Of a stretch of 64,000 nt of DNA, positions 37,962-51,047 are shown piece after piece. The notes beneath the pieces were generated by a model. The model was not told the DNA's origin and searched no databases. It was given only the letters and a program-made list of their open reading frames with translations. The stretch is from Eledone cirrhosa (taxonomy: Eukaryota), in NCBI GenBank assembly GCA_964016885.1, contig OZ024761.1, forward strand, positions 11,656,001 to 11,720,000, read 5' to 3'. Within the stretch, counting starts at the first letter, position 1. Each line of letters opens with the position of its first letter. A program made the position numbers and the translations under genes.

Positions 37962-38520
37962 TGATGGTAGTTTCGGAGTAGGTAGATCCAGAAAAACCTG
38001 GGACGATCTGATAAATTCCTACCTTACACACTTACACTTCTCTAAGACAATGTCACTGGACCGAGATCTTTGGCGTCACACAGTAATACAGAAGACCCGC
38101 CTTGCCTATGTACAAAGCGAAACCTACAGTCAGTAGGCACCTCTTAACCAAATATACACCACAATCCACTACCCCTACTCTATCCTCCCACTCCCACCAA
38201 CACCACCCTCTCTCTGTAAAGTTGGTACCATAACATCCAGTCCAAATAAATGAGATAATGAGATCGAGATTGTGTAGGTGTCACGAGAAAGAACACACAG
38301 TCCACGCTGTAATGTGGCTGTGTAGGTAACACAGTAAAAAGGCTCCCAGTCCACACTGTAGATGTGGTTGGTGTTAGGAAGGGCATCCAGGTGTAGAAAA
38401 CCTGCCAGTCAGTCCTATATGAGCGAGACAAGGTCACCCGACCAACCTTGCCTCAAGTGGGACAACTCCCGTCTAACCCATGCTAGCGTGGAAAATGGAC
38501 GTTAAACGAAGATGATGATG
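37962..38520 (+). mobile_element. RTE 3' fragment
   Basis: GVGRSRKTWDDLI... followed by the shared 3' UTR. Confidence 0.8.
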
Positions 38521-38598
38521 TCACACACACAAGACAGCTATATATATACACATAGTTACATACAAAACAGCTATATACACAGTTACACACAAGGCAGC

Positions 38599-38630
<32 letters not shown>

Positions 38631-38667
38631 AGACAGCTATATATATATATATATACACACAAGGCTG

Positions 38668-38700
<33 letters not shown>

Positions 38701-38870
38701 AACAATTACACACAAGACAGCTATATACACACACCCAAGGCAGTTATATATATATATACACACACACAAGGCAGTTATATATATATATATACACACACAA
38801 GACAGCTATATATACACACACATACACAAGACAGCTATATATATATATACACACACACACACAAGGCAGT

Positions 38871-38906
<36 letters not shown>

Positions 38907-38970
38907 AGACAGCTATATATATATACACACACACAAGACAGCTATATATATACACACACACAAGACATAC

Positions 38971-39039
38971 CTCCTCCTCTTCCTCTTCCTGGTCCCAATT
39001 CCTGTCGGTCAGCTCAGACGTAGCGATACGTTTAGCCAT
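38971..39039 (-). CDS. NUP50: Nucleoporin Nup50, first coding exon (MAKRIATSELTDRNWDQEEEEEE)
   Basis: Matches the Nup50 importin-alpha-binding N-terminus (MAKR..ELTDRNWDQE). Acceptor gaccag| at 39050-39049, ACC-ATG-G start context, donor GAG|gtatgt at 38970; 69 nt, phase 0. Confidence 0.95.
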
Positions 39040-39347
39040 GGTCACTACCTGGTCAAAAACAAAGGTAATAATATAATTGAGAAATTACAGACTCATGTAA
39101 CGAGGGTTTATATATAAACTTGGTGGACCATAACACACCAGAGTACTCAATACCTACGGTAGTAGAGTGGCCGGAGCTCAGCCGTCGGGGTCCTGACTCT
39201 TTTCCTATTACCCACTCTACTACCCTAAGTATTGAGTACTCTGGTGCGTTGTGGTCCACCATATATATATAGTAAAATGTTTAACCCCGACGGCAGAGCT
39301 CAAGCCGTTTCGATGGCTATCTCTGGTCCTTACCACACTTCTTTCGT

Positions 39348-39380
<33 letters not shown>

Positions 39381-41209
39381 ATTTTGTTTCTGAATTTGTT
39401 TAGCAAGATTCTTTATCTGAAAACGTGCGTTGAAACCGATATTGTTATACTTTGGGAGGGTCATGTTGCCAATAAGAAACACACGCACCAGTTGCTTTCA
39501 TGTTTCTTATTGGCAACATGACCCTCCCAAAGTATAACAATATATATATGTATATATATATATATACACAATTCAATACATTAACAGAGAAGGCCTTAAG
39601 CGATACTCCGACCAACTCCATCTCACTCAACAAACATTAGGATATACTTAAGTATTTCCCCAATTTAGTGTTTGGGGTGCTAACTAATCAGTATTTCGTG
39701 GATAGCTGGTTGTATTATTTTATATGAGACATAATTAAATATCTCTTTCCTTCCAGACGGCCGTTTCGTTATAAGATTTCTACAATTTCCAGGTTATGTA
39801 GAAACTTGTATATAATCTATAGTTTTATACACAAGTGGGCTCTTATAAACTAATCAGTGGATACCCAAATAATATCGATATAAGAATTATATCGACATAT
39901 GTATACATTATAATATATATATATGTATACATATATATATCATCATCATCATCATCATCGTTTAACGTCTATCTTCCACGCTAGGATGGGTTTAGGGGGG
40001 AATATATATATATATAAACAAAGAAGGTGTGGTAAGATATCAGGTGGACCATAACACACCAGAGGACTCAATACTTAAGGTAGTAGAGTGGGTGATAAAA
40101 AAAAAAAGAGTCAGGACCCCAACAGCTGAGCTCCGGTCGTTTCGACAGCTAGACCCGAACTGTTCACATCTAGCTGTCGAAATGGCCGGAGCTCAGCCGT
40201 CGGGGTCCTGACTCTTTTCCTAACCACTCGACCTTAATTACAGTGTGTCTCTGATCAAATCATCGGAATACAGTATTCCAATGATTTAATGAGAGACACT
40301 GTAATTAAGGCCGAGTGACGCAATTTTTAGTGATTAGCGGCCTTTAGACTCCCTAATCAATGAAACAATTGTTAATACTGTAAATAAAACCCTTTTTGTA
40401 CAGCCGACCATGTTATTCTTCACTCTTTCACTATAATATATATATGTGTGTGTGTGTGTTGGTATAAAAAGACTGATTAATACATCATCATCACCATTTA
40501 ATGTGGGTGGGGGGAGTCTTCTTTTTTATGTCCGTGCCTGGCATGGGTTACACTAATGTTTCATCATTCACATACAAATAAATATGCAATTAGACACACA
40601 ACACACACGATACATAAACAGAACACTCACACAGAACACATAACACTCACACAAAACACACAATGACTAAAGAACATGAATAGTAATAGGAAGGTGGTGA
40701 GAGAGAAAGGGGAGCAGGAGGGGGGGAGATAAGAGGGCGGTGAGAGAGAAAGAGGAGCAAGGTAGGGGGGAGATAATAAGGTGGGTGATAGAGTTCAATA
40801 TTGTCTATCTGAAAGACAATTACAAGCTATAAATACTTCATACACCATTCAATGCAATGCTGGCTTAATTCAACTCATCTTTCTACAAACTAAAAGCAGT
40901 TTACTGCTTCACTAACTATTCTATGCTTCACTTCTAACTTTACTATGTTTGGCAGTTGGGTGCTTTTTTCCTTTCTTTACAGCTGGTTCTTATTGATAGA
41001 ACCATCTGTACTGTGTCATCTATGACTTGTGCACATCTTTATAGAGATCAAGTGGTTTTTATGGTTAACTTGCTGCCACGGCCTAGTGCTCACACAGTTT
41101 CGCTCACAATAACAAGGACCTGAGTTCGATTCCACATAAGGGAGCCAGCTGGAAAGTTCATAGGCTGACCAAGATACTCTCCTGGAATGACTAAATGCTA
41201 TAACTATTA

Positions 41210-41562
41210 TTGAGTTCAAATCCCACCGAGGTTAACTTTGCCTTTCATCCTTACAGGGTCTATAAAATAAAGTACCAGTAATGCACTGGAATCAATTTAA
41301 TCGACTTTCCCTTCTCCATAGATTGCTGGCCTTGTGCCTATAGTAGAAATTATTATTATTATATAATAATAATATAAGGGCAGTGAATTGACAGTATCGG
41401 TAGAGGGTGAGGTGCCATAAGTTACAGCCCTTTACGGTCTGAGTTCAAGTCACGCCGAGGTTAACTTTGCCTTTCATCCTCATGGGGTCGATAAAATAAA
41501 GTACCAGTAATACACTGGGTTAATTGTTGGCCTTGTGCCAAAGGTAGAAACAATTATTATTA
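41210..41562 (+). mobile_element. Two Meta-domain-like SINE copies (the first 5'-truncated)
   Basis: Same core present twice. Confidence 0.78.
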
Positions 41563-42189
41563 CCATTATTGTTATTCTAATATCAGGGTAACCATGGCTT
41601 TTTTTTTTTTGTGGGCTTTTTCCACGAGTGACCCTCAGAAGTCTACCCCCTATTGGGAAATTTTTCCCCGTTTCTTTCTTTGTTACATACTCTGTTTTTG
41701 TCTTTTTACACACAGAAATGTCCATTTGTACCGTCCTGTGCTGTCCTTAATGTCTACTTCATGTCAACCCTTGTGGTTAATAAAGAAAACATTATCGTTA
41801 TTCTAATAATAATTATTACTATTATTATCTTCACCGTTTCTAAAAGTACATTTATCTTCACCAATTCCATTGAAACACTTCTACAATAAACTGATATTGA
41901 TAATTAAAATAGCCAAAGCAAGAATGGAGGATATTCCTTCCTTTTCTTTGGTTTCGTTGTTTTATCTTCTTCGTTTGTTTTTTATTTTTGTTTGGTTTTT
42001 TTTTTAATTTAATTACAAATTTTAATCTTTCTGATGAAATTAACAGCGAAAAAACAGCAGCTTTCTAATCAATGAGTTGTTTACAACAGGGAAATATTGT
42101 TATTACTATAATGATGATGATGACACCAATGTGATGACGATGATGATGATGAAGAGGGTGACGACAGTGATGATGGTGATGAGGATGAC

Positions 42190-42338
42190 AATAATTGTTT
42201 CTACTTTTGGCACAAGGCCAACAATTACCCCAGTGCATTACTGGTACTTTATTTTATCGACCCCGTAAGGATGAAAGGCAAGGGCCGTAACTCTATGCAT
42301 CAAAGCATGGGGTCCGACCCTCTACCGATACTGCCAAT
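42190..42338 (-). mobile_element. Internally deleted Meta-domain-like SINE
   Basis: Core and head motifs with a deletion. Confidence 0.7.
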
Positions 42339-42659
42339 GACAATAATGATGGTAATGCAGATATGATGTTGACCACAACGATCTCACCTTTTCTGTTCAA
42401 ACCAGCCACTCATACTGATGTTAAGGTATTGTTCTCAAAATAAATAATATCAAAATCTCAGATTTGATATTATGTAAGGTAAAGCCATTACCGTGAAAAT
42501 ACAATAGTATATGTAGAGTAATGTAAATGGTAAAGGGTTAAATAACAATAATGATAAGAAGCATTCCTATTTCCCAGCCCCCTTTTTTTGCTCCATCATC
42601 TTTGAATATCTAATATATATATATACCAGTGCATTACTGGACCCTTTTCTATATATAGA

Positions 42660-45652
42660 TACATCTGTTCGAATCCTACGTCAGAAGCATCGACCCTGAC
42701 TTCATCACAGTCACGGAAACATGGGCACATTCCTTACTCTGTGATGGGGTTTTCACCATTACTGGGTACAACCTTTTCCGCAAGGACCGCATTAACCGCC
42801 GTGGTGGTGGTGTGATGGTCTACGTTCGTTCAAACTTTTCGGTAATTCCTTGCGTTGATTTGAACGAATCACAGGAAGAAGTTTTTTTCTGTGACATACG
42901 TATGACCATGTCAACACTTCTGCTTGGTGTTGTTTATCGCCCCCCAAACTACCATCAGGACACACAGCTTTGCGATATCCTCAGAGTTGCTGCCAAGAAA
43001 ACAGCCACTTATGTGTTTATTGCAGGTGACTTCAATCATCCTGAGATCGATTGGGAAACCTTTCGTTGGCCACAGGGTGCAAACGATTTCCTTGAACTAG
43101 TGCTGGACTCAAACTGGTCACAAGTAGTCACCTCTCCAACAAGAGGTGACAACACTTTGGACCTGATCTTCACCACTACTCCTGAAGTGGTTATCAGTTG
43201 TACTACTGAGGAACCTCTAGGCGACTCTGATCATGCTATGATCATTGCCAATCTGGCACTTGAGGGCAGCAACAAAAACCAGAGCCATCTCCAATCTGCT
43301 TGCTTTGATTGGAAGAGGGCAGATTGGAACTTGTACTGCACTGAGCTACAGCGCCCAAACTGGCATGAGATGTATAACTCTGGAGATGTGAACTCTATAC
43401 TCCAGAGCATCCTGGACTCAATATGGATAGCGTGTGCAGCATCAGTGCCACGGAAGCGGAAAAATAACCACCCCAAAAGTGCAATCTGGGAAACTTCAGC
43501 AGTCCGACTTGCCAGGAAAGAACGTCGGAACGCTGAACGGGAATATAAACTGCATAGATCAGATGCCAACAGAAAAAAGCGGAATAAATCTTCTAACCAT
43601 CTCAAGCAAGTGACAAAGAAGGCAGTGCTTGAATTTGAACAGTGCATCGCAACCAATCCCGACAGTAAGGTGTTCTGGAAATATGTTCATTCAAAGCAGA
43701 GACTTCACTCTCCAGTTGGTCCTCTTCGCAATCCCCACACAAGCCAGATCACTGACGATCCCAAGGAATGCGCAGAACTCATTGCTGAGTGCTATGCAAG
43801 TATTTTTACTGTTGAAAACCAGAATGTACCATCTCCACCATCTCTAACATCAAATTCCATAACAACTATGGAATTTACACCTGCAATGTTGCGACGTCAC
43901 CTTAAGAATAAGCGCAACTATGCCTCCCCTGGTCTTGATGGTGTGACATACCTGCTTCTCAAACGTGGCGGGGATTTCCTTTTGCGCCAGCTTTCTTTTT
44001 TCTTTCAATACTGTCTCAGCAATGGTGCTACTCCAGAGCAGTGGAAAACTGCCAGTGTCATTCCCCTGTTCAAAAAGGGCAACCGCATGTCACCTGTCAA
44101 CTATCGTCCAGTCAGTCTTACTAGCTGTATGGCCAAACTGATGGAATCCTGTGTCAGAGAAACACTTTGGAACTTCTGGAGCTCTCACAGCCTCATCCGG
44201 CCCTCACAGTTTGGATTTATCCCTAACTCCAGCTGCTGTGATCAGCTTATCGAGTTCCTTGAGGACATCACCCGGATCACTGACAGCGGCTCATGGGTGG
44301 ATGTTGTTTACCTTGACTTTGCTAAGGCTTTTAATTCTGTGCCACACAAAAGACTTATGGCAAAACTCTCTGCAATGGGTGTGAGGGATGATCTTTTCGA
44401 CTGGCTGAAATCCTTCATTCTCAGCCGAAAGGAAGTAGTCACAGTTCTAGGACAGCATTCTTCACCATATGAGATGTCATCTGGTGTACCACAGGGATCT
44501 GTTCTTGGTCCTCTTTTGTTTGTGGCATATATTAATGACATAGATGCCAACTTACAGAATGCCACGGTACTAAAATATGCAGATGACATCAAGCTGTACC
44601 TTGAAATCAAAAGGACTGATCCTGAAATTTACAACTCTTTCCTACAATCAGACCTGGACACAATGCAGCAATGGATCACAGACTGGCAACTGAAGCTGGC
44701 TGTGGACAAGTGTACCACCATGCATTTTGGAAGGAAAAATCCAGCGTCCACATACTCCCTCCACAACACTGACATCAAAAAGTCCTCTTGTGAACGTGAC
44801 CTGGGCATTACTGTCAGCAACGATTTGCGTTGGACAAAGCATGTCTCTAAGATTGTCAAGAAGGCCGAGGGTGTCTTGGCATCACTCAGCAAGACCTTTG
44901 TTAGCCGCTCTCCAGCCATCTATTTAAAACTGTATACAGCTATGGTGCGACCACACTTGGAATTCGCATCATCAGTCTGGAACCCCTATCTTGCTCGGAA
45001 CATTGACCTCCTGGAAACTGTTCAGAGACGTGCAACCAAGCGCATACCCTCCATCAGACACCTACCATACTCTGAACGCCTTGCTTCCCTGGGCATGGAT
45101 TCATTGAAGCTCCGACGTCTGGCAGTGGACTTGGTGAATACCCACAAAGTTTTTAACCATCTCGCCAACTGCAACCCTGAGCGCCTCTTTGATCTCCATG
45201 TATCTAACACACGTGGACATGCCTACAAGATAAGAAAACAGCACAGCTCCCATGACTTTCGCAGACATTTTTTCACGCTCAGAGTTGCTGAAACATGGAA
45301 CAAACTGCCTGCGTCAATTGTTAGCTGCCGAGACACTGCATCCTTTAAGACACTCATGCTTCCCGAAATACGCCAAAACTACACCTGATGTGCCCCTTCC
45401 ATACACATGCACACATGTGTGCACTGTTCATTTTACTGATGTTTGTGCATTGCCCTATGTACTGTACATGCACTTTTTTGATGGGTTGTGGTGCACCTGG
45501 GCACTGTGCACAATATTTCATTATTGTTATTGTTATTATATCATGACTCATACACTGTTTATTTTCCTGACATTTGTACATTATTCTATGTACTATACAT
45601 GCACCTTTGATGAGTTGTAGTGCACCTGAGCACTGTACACAATAATTTCATT

Positions 45653-45670
<18 letters not shown>
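42660..45670 (+). mobile_element. 5'-truncated CR1-type LINE with uninterrupted ORF2 and (ATT)n tail
   Basis: The frame is open from 42662 (…VTETW…) to the stop at 45388. 3' UTR ends in attattatt. Confidence 0.9.
42812..45388 (+). CDS. CR1-type ORF2: partial APE endonuclease + reverse transcriptase
   Basis: Motifs YRPP, GDFN, LDLIF, SDH, NYRPVSLTS, QFGF, YLDFAKAF, SGVPQGSVLGP, YADD, ERDLG, RPHLEF, FFTLRV..WN.LP. Confidence 0.85.
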   Translation: MMVYVRSNFSVIPCVDLNESQEEVFFCDIRMTMSTLLLGVVYRPPNYHQDTQLCDILRVAAKKTATYVFIAGDFNHPEIDWETFRWPQGANDFLELVLDSNWSQVVTSPTRGDNTLDLIFTTTPEVVISCTTEEPLGDSDHAMIIANLALEGSNKNQSHLQSACFDWKRADWNLYCTELQRPNWHEMYNSGDVNSILQSILDSIWIACAASVPRKRKNNHPKSAIWETSAVRLARKERRNAEREYKLHRSDANRKKRNKSSNHLKQVTKKAVLEFEQCIATNPDSKVFWKYVHSKQRLHSPVGPLRNPHTSQITDDPKECAELIAECYASIFTVENQNVPSPPSLTSNSITTMEFTPAMLRRHLKNKRNYASPGLDGVTYLLLKRGGDFLLRQLSFFFQYCLSNGATPEQWKTASVIPLFKKGNRMSPVNYRPVSLTSCMAKLMESCVRETLWNFWSSHSLIRPSQFGFIPNSSCCDQLIEFLEDITRITDSGSWVDVVYLDFAKAFNSVPHKRLMAKLSAMGVRDDLFDWLKSFILSRKEVVTVLGQHSSPYEMSSGVPQGSVLGPLLFVAYINDIDANLQNATVLKYADDIKLYLEIKRTDPEIYNSFLQSDLDTMQQWITDWQLKLAVDKCTTMHFGRKNPASTYSLHNTDIKKSSCERDLGITVSNDLRWTKHVSKIVKKAEGVLASLSKTFVSRSPAIYLKLYTAMVRPHLEFASSVWNPYLARNIDLLETVQRRATKRIPSIRHLPYSERLASLGMDSLKLRRLAVDLVNTHKVFNHLANCNPERLFDLHVSNTRGHAYKIRKQHSSHDFRRHFFTLRVAETWNKLPASIVSCRDTASFKTLMLPEIRQNYT

Positions 45671-45684
<14 letters not shown>

Positions 45685-45686
45685 TA

Positions 45687-46078
45687 TCACCATCATCACC
45701 GTTTTACATCCGTTCTTCCATTCTAGCATGGGTTAGACGGGTTGTCCTGTTGTGAGCAGTGTCCAGTCGGCTGACCTTGTCTTGCTCATACAGGAACTGA
45801 TTCTGGCTTGATTTCTACAGCTGGATGCCCTTTCTAACACCAACCTCATTTACAGTGAGTGCTGGGTGCTTTTTTTGCAGTGGCACCTCCACGACCACTT
45901 TATAGTGGAATGATAGGGACCCCAGTCCCTATCATCTCATTTCTATAGCTGAGTAAACTGGAGCAATGTGAAATAAAGTGTCTTGCTCAAGGAAACAACA
46001 CATCACCCGGTCTGAGAATTGAACTCACAACCTTTCGATTGCAAGCCCAATGCTCTGACCACTAAGCCATGTGTCTCC
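45687..46078 (-). mobile_element. Second copy of the tRNA-headed, RTE-tailed SINE
   Basis: A box tggcttagtgg, B box gagttcaattc; collinear with 6980-7355. Confidence 0.8.
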
Positions 46079-46526
46079 ATATATATATATAGTGATTGTA
46101 ATGTCCAGTTACTGTAGGTTCACCATAGGGAGCACTTGATGCGTAGTCCCCAGTAGGTATATTGGTGTTGTACTAATAATAAAAAGGATGAGGTGCTAGA
46201 TCTTCAATCCATTCATTGAGGTGTGACACGCGTTTCGCGGTTGATCAGCTCATGCACGAAATATTTAGAATACTACAAGTCACAACACAAACAGAAAGAA
46301 CCACATTATAATGGAGTTTTTCAAAGTAAAAGCAAGACAGATCTGTAAAGTATGTGTACATATGTAGTGGTGGTGGTGTTGGTAGTAGTGGTGGATTACA
46401 AGGACTAATTATACAAACGAGGAAATGAACAGAGATTTATTTCATTCCATCTTCTCTCCTGTCACAAATCTATTTTGACAAACAAGTCATTATTAAATCA
46501 TTAATCCTATTACTGGACTGTAGTAT

Positions 46527-47140
46527 ACAACAGACGTCATGTTAACCCAGTGGCTTACACACACACACACTGGGCTGTCTTATCACAACAGACGCCATGT
46601 TAACCCAGTGGCTTACACACACACACACACACACTGGGCTGTCTTATCACAACAGACGCCATGTTAACCCAGTGGCTTACACACACACACACTGAGCTGT
46701 CTTATCACAACAGACACCATGTTAACCCAGTGGCTTACACACACACACACTGAGCTGTCTTATCACAACAGACACCATGTTAACCCAGTGGCTTACACAC
46801 ACACTGGGCTGTCTTATCACAACAGACACCATGTTAACCCAGTGGCTTACACACACACTGGGCTGTCTTATCAAAGACGCCATGTTAACCCAGTGGCTTA
46901 CACATGCACACACTGGGCTGTCTTATCAAAGCAGACGCCATGTTAACCCAGTGGCTTACACATGCACACACTGGGCTGTCTTATCACAACAGACGCCATG
47001 TTAACCCAGTGGCTTACACACACAAACTGGGCTGTCTTATCACAACAGACGCCATGTTAACCCAGTGGCTTACACACACAAACTGGGCTGTCTTATCACA
47101 ACAGACGCCATGTTAACCCAGTGGCTTACACACACAAACA
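46527..47140. repeat. ~55-65 bp minisatellite with internal (CA)n, ~11 copies
   Basis: Unit acaacagacgccatgttaacccagtggctta(ca)nctgggctgtcttatc. Confidence 0.9.
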
Positions 47141-47466
47141 ATATCTGTTTCCTAACTTATGCTTTCTTACATCCAACTAGCATTTACTAAAGAAAAGATT
47201 AAGGGGATTTATATAAAGGACATGACAACCTCCCTAATGTTGGTACCACAATAAAATGCACCCAGTGTACTCTGTAAAACGACGACTGACAAGAAAGGGC
47301 ACCCAGCTGTAAAAACCAAGCTAAACAAAAGGTCCAGATGACTCCTCAAGTTGTCAAGAACACGGTAACCTCCCACCTAGTGCTGGTGTCACAATAAAAT
47401 ACACCTAGTACACTCTGTAAAGTTAGTGGTGATTGGAATAGTAGTTATCTGTAGAAACTATGGAGG

Positions 47467-47942
47467 TTGCGTTGGTATGGACATGTGATGCGTATGAAGG
47501 ATGACAGCTGCATAAAAAGGTGCAGAGCACTAGAAATCGATGGAAGATGCGGAGTGGGGAGACCCAAGAAAACCTGGGATGAGGTGATAAGAGCTGACCT
47601 TACCCAATTGCACCTCTCAAAGGTGATGACGCAAGAGCGTAACCTCTGGCGTCACGCAGTAATACAGAAGACCCGACTCCCCACGGGTACAAGCCGAAGC
47701 TGAAGCATATAGACAATATGCCCCCACCCGCTCCCACTGCAAAAAAGCACCCAGCACTCACTGTAAATGAGGTTGGTGTTAGGAAGGGTATCCAGCTGTA
47801 GAAATCAAGCCAGAATCAGTTCTGTATGAGCAAGACAGAGTCAGCCATCCGGACACTGCCCACAACAGGAGAACCCGTCTAACCCATGCTAGCGTGGAAG
47901 AACGGACATAAATAAAACGGTGATGATGATGATGATGATGAT
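47467..47942 (+). mobile_element. RTE 3' fragment
   Basis: RWYGHVMRMKDDSCIKRCRALE... plus the 3' UTR and (GAT)n tail. Confidence 0.85.
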
Positions 47943-48250
47943 GGTTTTGCCACCCCCACCTCCTTCATAACACACCACTACACCTTCAATTAAATTGCTT
48001 TCTCTCTAATAACCAGAATATTATCACTGATTTGTCATAAAGCAATATCGTTTGTCTTTTATCCATTGTTTTATTGTTTTGTTTTCGGAAGTATTTCCAT
48101 TGAGATTTTTCTTGAAAGTTTTCAAGATTCTCAGCTGTCAAGTTTGGCCTGCCATCACTGACATGATATTACAGCATTACTAGACGCTGGCATTGATTTC
48201 TTAACATTTCTCAAAGACTGAGTATTGGATGAGGAGGAAGAGGATGGAGG

Positions 48251-48321
<71 letters not shown>

Positions 48322-48323
48322 AA

Positions 48324-48359
<36 letters not shown>

Positions 48360-49089
48360 AGCAATAGCAGCAACAAGAGATAAAGAGAGCACAGACAGAC
48401 ATTTCAGATCAGAAATTGCAAACAGCCAGTTTCCTTTAATGAACCTGTTGATATAACTGTTATTGCCGATATAACAGTTATTGTCAATAACTGCTGTACC
48501 TGTCATTATAGTCAATATTGTCATTCAATTGTTGTCAATATAGCTGCTGCTATTGTCAAAAAAATTACCGTTGTATCGTCAATACAGTTGTAGTTATAAA
48601 AACAATGTTATTGTCAATAAGATCTTTAAAATACAAACAGTTCAAAAGCCCCAACAGAACAACAAAGATGCTATTTCCCACTTCTCTCTACCGCAATATT
48701 ATAGACCAGAACATCAACACTTAAAACTCATTTTCTTTCAGCCTAGGAGAAAATAGATTTCAATTTCTTAAGTCTTTGTTGTTTGTCATTCAAAACAACA
48801 ATTCCAGTTTCTTTATGTTTGTTTTACAAATATATATTCATAATTTCTTGTTGAAAAATCCAATTTTTTCCCCTTCTTTACTTAAATCAGGCCAACAATG
48901 ATAATATGCAATTTATTTCATTAATTTTTTTTCATTTCTATTCCACTCTCTCTCTCTCTCCATTCTCTTATATTTTAATAAAACACAAATATTTCTGCGT
49001 AAAACATGAGAAATGACAGACAACAGGAAAGAGAAGACAAAAACAGGAGTTTAAATATCACCATTTTTGTAATTGAAAAATTATCATTT

Positions 49090-49435
49090 TGTGTGTGTGT
49101 AAATATATATATATATAGATGAGTGTGTATATGTGTATATAGATATATGTGTGTGTGTGTGTGTGTGTAAATATATATATATAGATGAGTGTGTATATGT
49201 GTATATAGATATATGTGTGTGTGTGTGTAAATATATATATATAGATGAGTGTGTATATGTGTATATAGATATATGTGTGTGTGTGTGTGTGTGTAAATAT
49301 ATATATATAGATGAGTGTGTATATGTGTATATAGATATATGTGTGTGTGTGTGTGTGTAAATATATATATATAGATGAGTGTGTATATGTGTATATAGAT
49401 ATATGTGTGTGTGTGTGTGTGTGTAAATATATATA
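49090..49435. repeat. ~60-bp compound (TG)/(TA) minisatellite
   Basis: atagatgagtgtgtatatgtgtatatagatatat occurs 5 times. Confidence 0.8.
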
Positions 49436-49509
49436 TTATCTGTTTTTAATACAAATAAATAAAAAAAGGAGAATGCAAATTATAAAAAAAAAAAAGCTCT
49501 TGCTTTTGT

Positions 49510-49562
<53 letters not shown>

Positions 49563-49584
49563 TTACTACTACGACTACTCATAC

Positions 49585-49992
49585 TAATAATAATTGTTTC
49601 TACTATTGGCACAAGGCCAGAAAATACCCAGTACATTACTGGTACTTTATTTTATCGACCCCGTAAGGATGAAAGGCAAAGTTAACCTCGGCGGGATTTG
49701 AACTCAGAATGGCAAGGGCCGTAACTCTATGCGTCAAAGCATGGCGTCCGACCCTCTACCGATTCTGCCAATCCACAATGATAATTTCTAGTATAGGCAC
49801 AAGGCCAGTAATTTGGGGAGGGGAAAGTCGATCAAATTCTACCCCAGTGTATTACTGGTGCTTTATTTTATCGACCCCTGTAAGGATGAGGCAAAGTTAA
49901 ACCCGGTGGGATTTGAACTGACTGTAAAGGGCCGTAACTCTATGCTGTAAAGAAAGCATGGTGTCCGACGCTCTACTGATGCGCTGCCAATC
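49585..49992 (-). mobile_element. Two tandem Meta-domain-like SINEs
   Basis: Same core present twice. Confidence 0.8.
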
Positions 49993-50671
49993 CACTACCA
50001 CAATCACCACCCCCACTACTACTACCACTACAACCACCACCACCAGTACTACTACCACAACCCCCACTACTACTACCACCATCACAACTCCCACCACCAC
50101 CAGTACTATTACCACAACCACCACCCCCACTACCATCACTACTACTATCACCACCACTCCCACTACTACTACCACCACCACCAGTACTACTACCACAACC
50201 CCCACCCCCACTACTATTACCACCACCACTACAACAACATCAATATTACTTCTCAAATAACAATATATACAACAACCTAAAATATTTCTCCATTACAAAG
50301 TCCAAGGGTCTGAAAAATCAATAAATATTTCCATTGTAAAAAGAATATTGTTAGGAATTTGGCTAAAATAAACTTATTTGAGGAGTATATGTGGGGGGGG
50401 GGGGGTATATTGGGGTGAGAGAGAGAGAGAGAGAGAGAGAGGGTGATGGAGTGTGAGAGAGGTAGAGAGAGAGAGAGAGATACAGAGTGTAAGAGAATGA
50501 GAAAGAGAGAGAGACAGAGAGTGTGAGAGAGGTAGAGAGAGAGAGAGAGAGAGAGAGAGCCATGTCATCTTCATTGTACATGTCAGCTGCTGTTACTATC
50601 ATCATCATCATCATCATCGGTAGTTCCAGCAGATTTGTTTAAGTCTTTTGTAAATAAACATTGTAAGAACC

Positions 50672-50709
<38 letters not shown>

Positions 50710-51047
50710 TATATATAACAAAGGTGTGGTAAGATACCAGGTAGACCAAACGTACCAGAGGACTCAATACTTAGGGTAGTAGAGTAGGTAACAGGAAAAG
50801 AGTCAGGACCCCGAGGTTGATCTCCACCCGTTTCGACAGCTAGATCCGAACTAGTCGAAACGAATGGCCGGAGATCAGCCGTCGGGATCCTGATTATTTT
50901 CCAATATATCATCATCATCTTCGTTTAACGTCCAATGATGATGATGATGATATATATATATATATGCATCCCCAATTTTTTTTCTCATTTCCCCTATACC
51001 TTCCTCTCACCATTCTTTACTTTCTATTTATCTTCTATTTCTAACTA

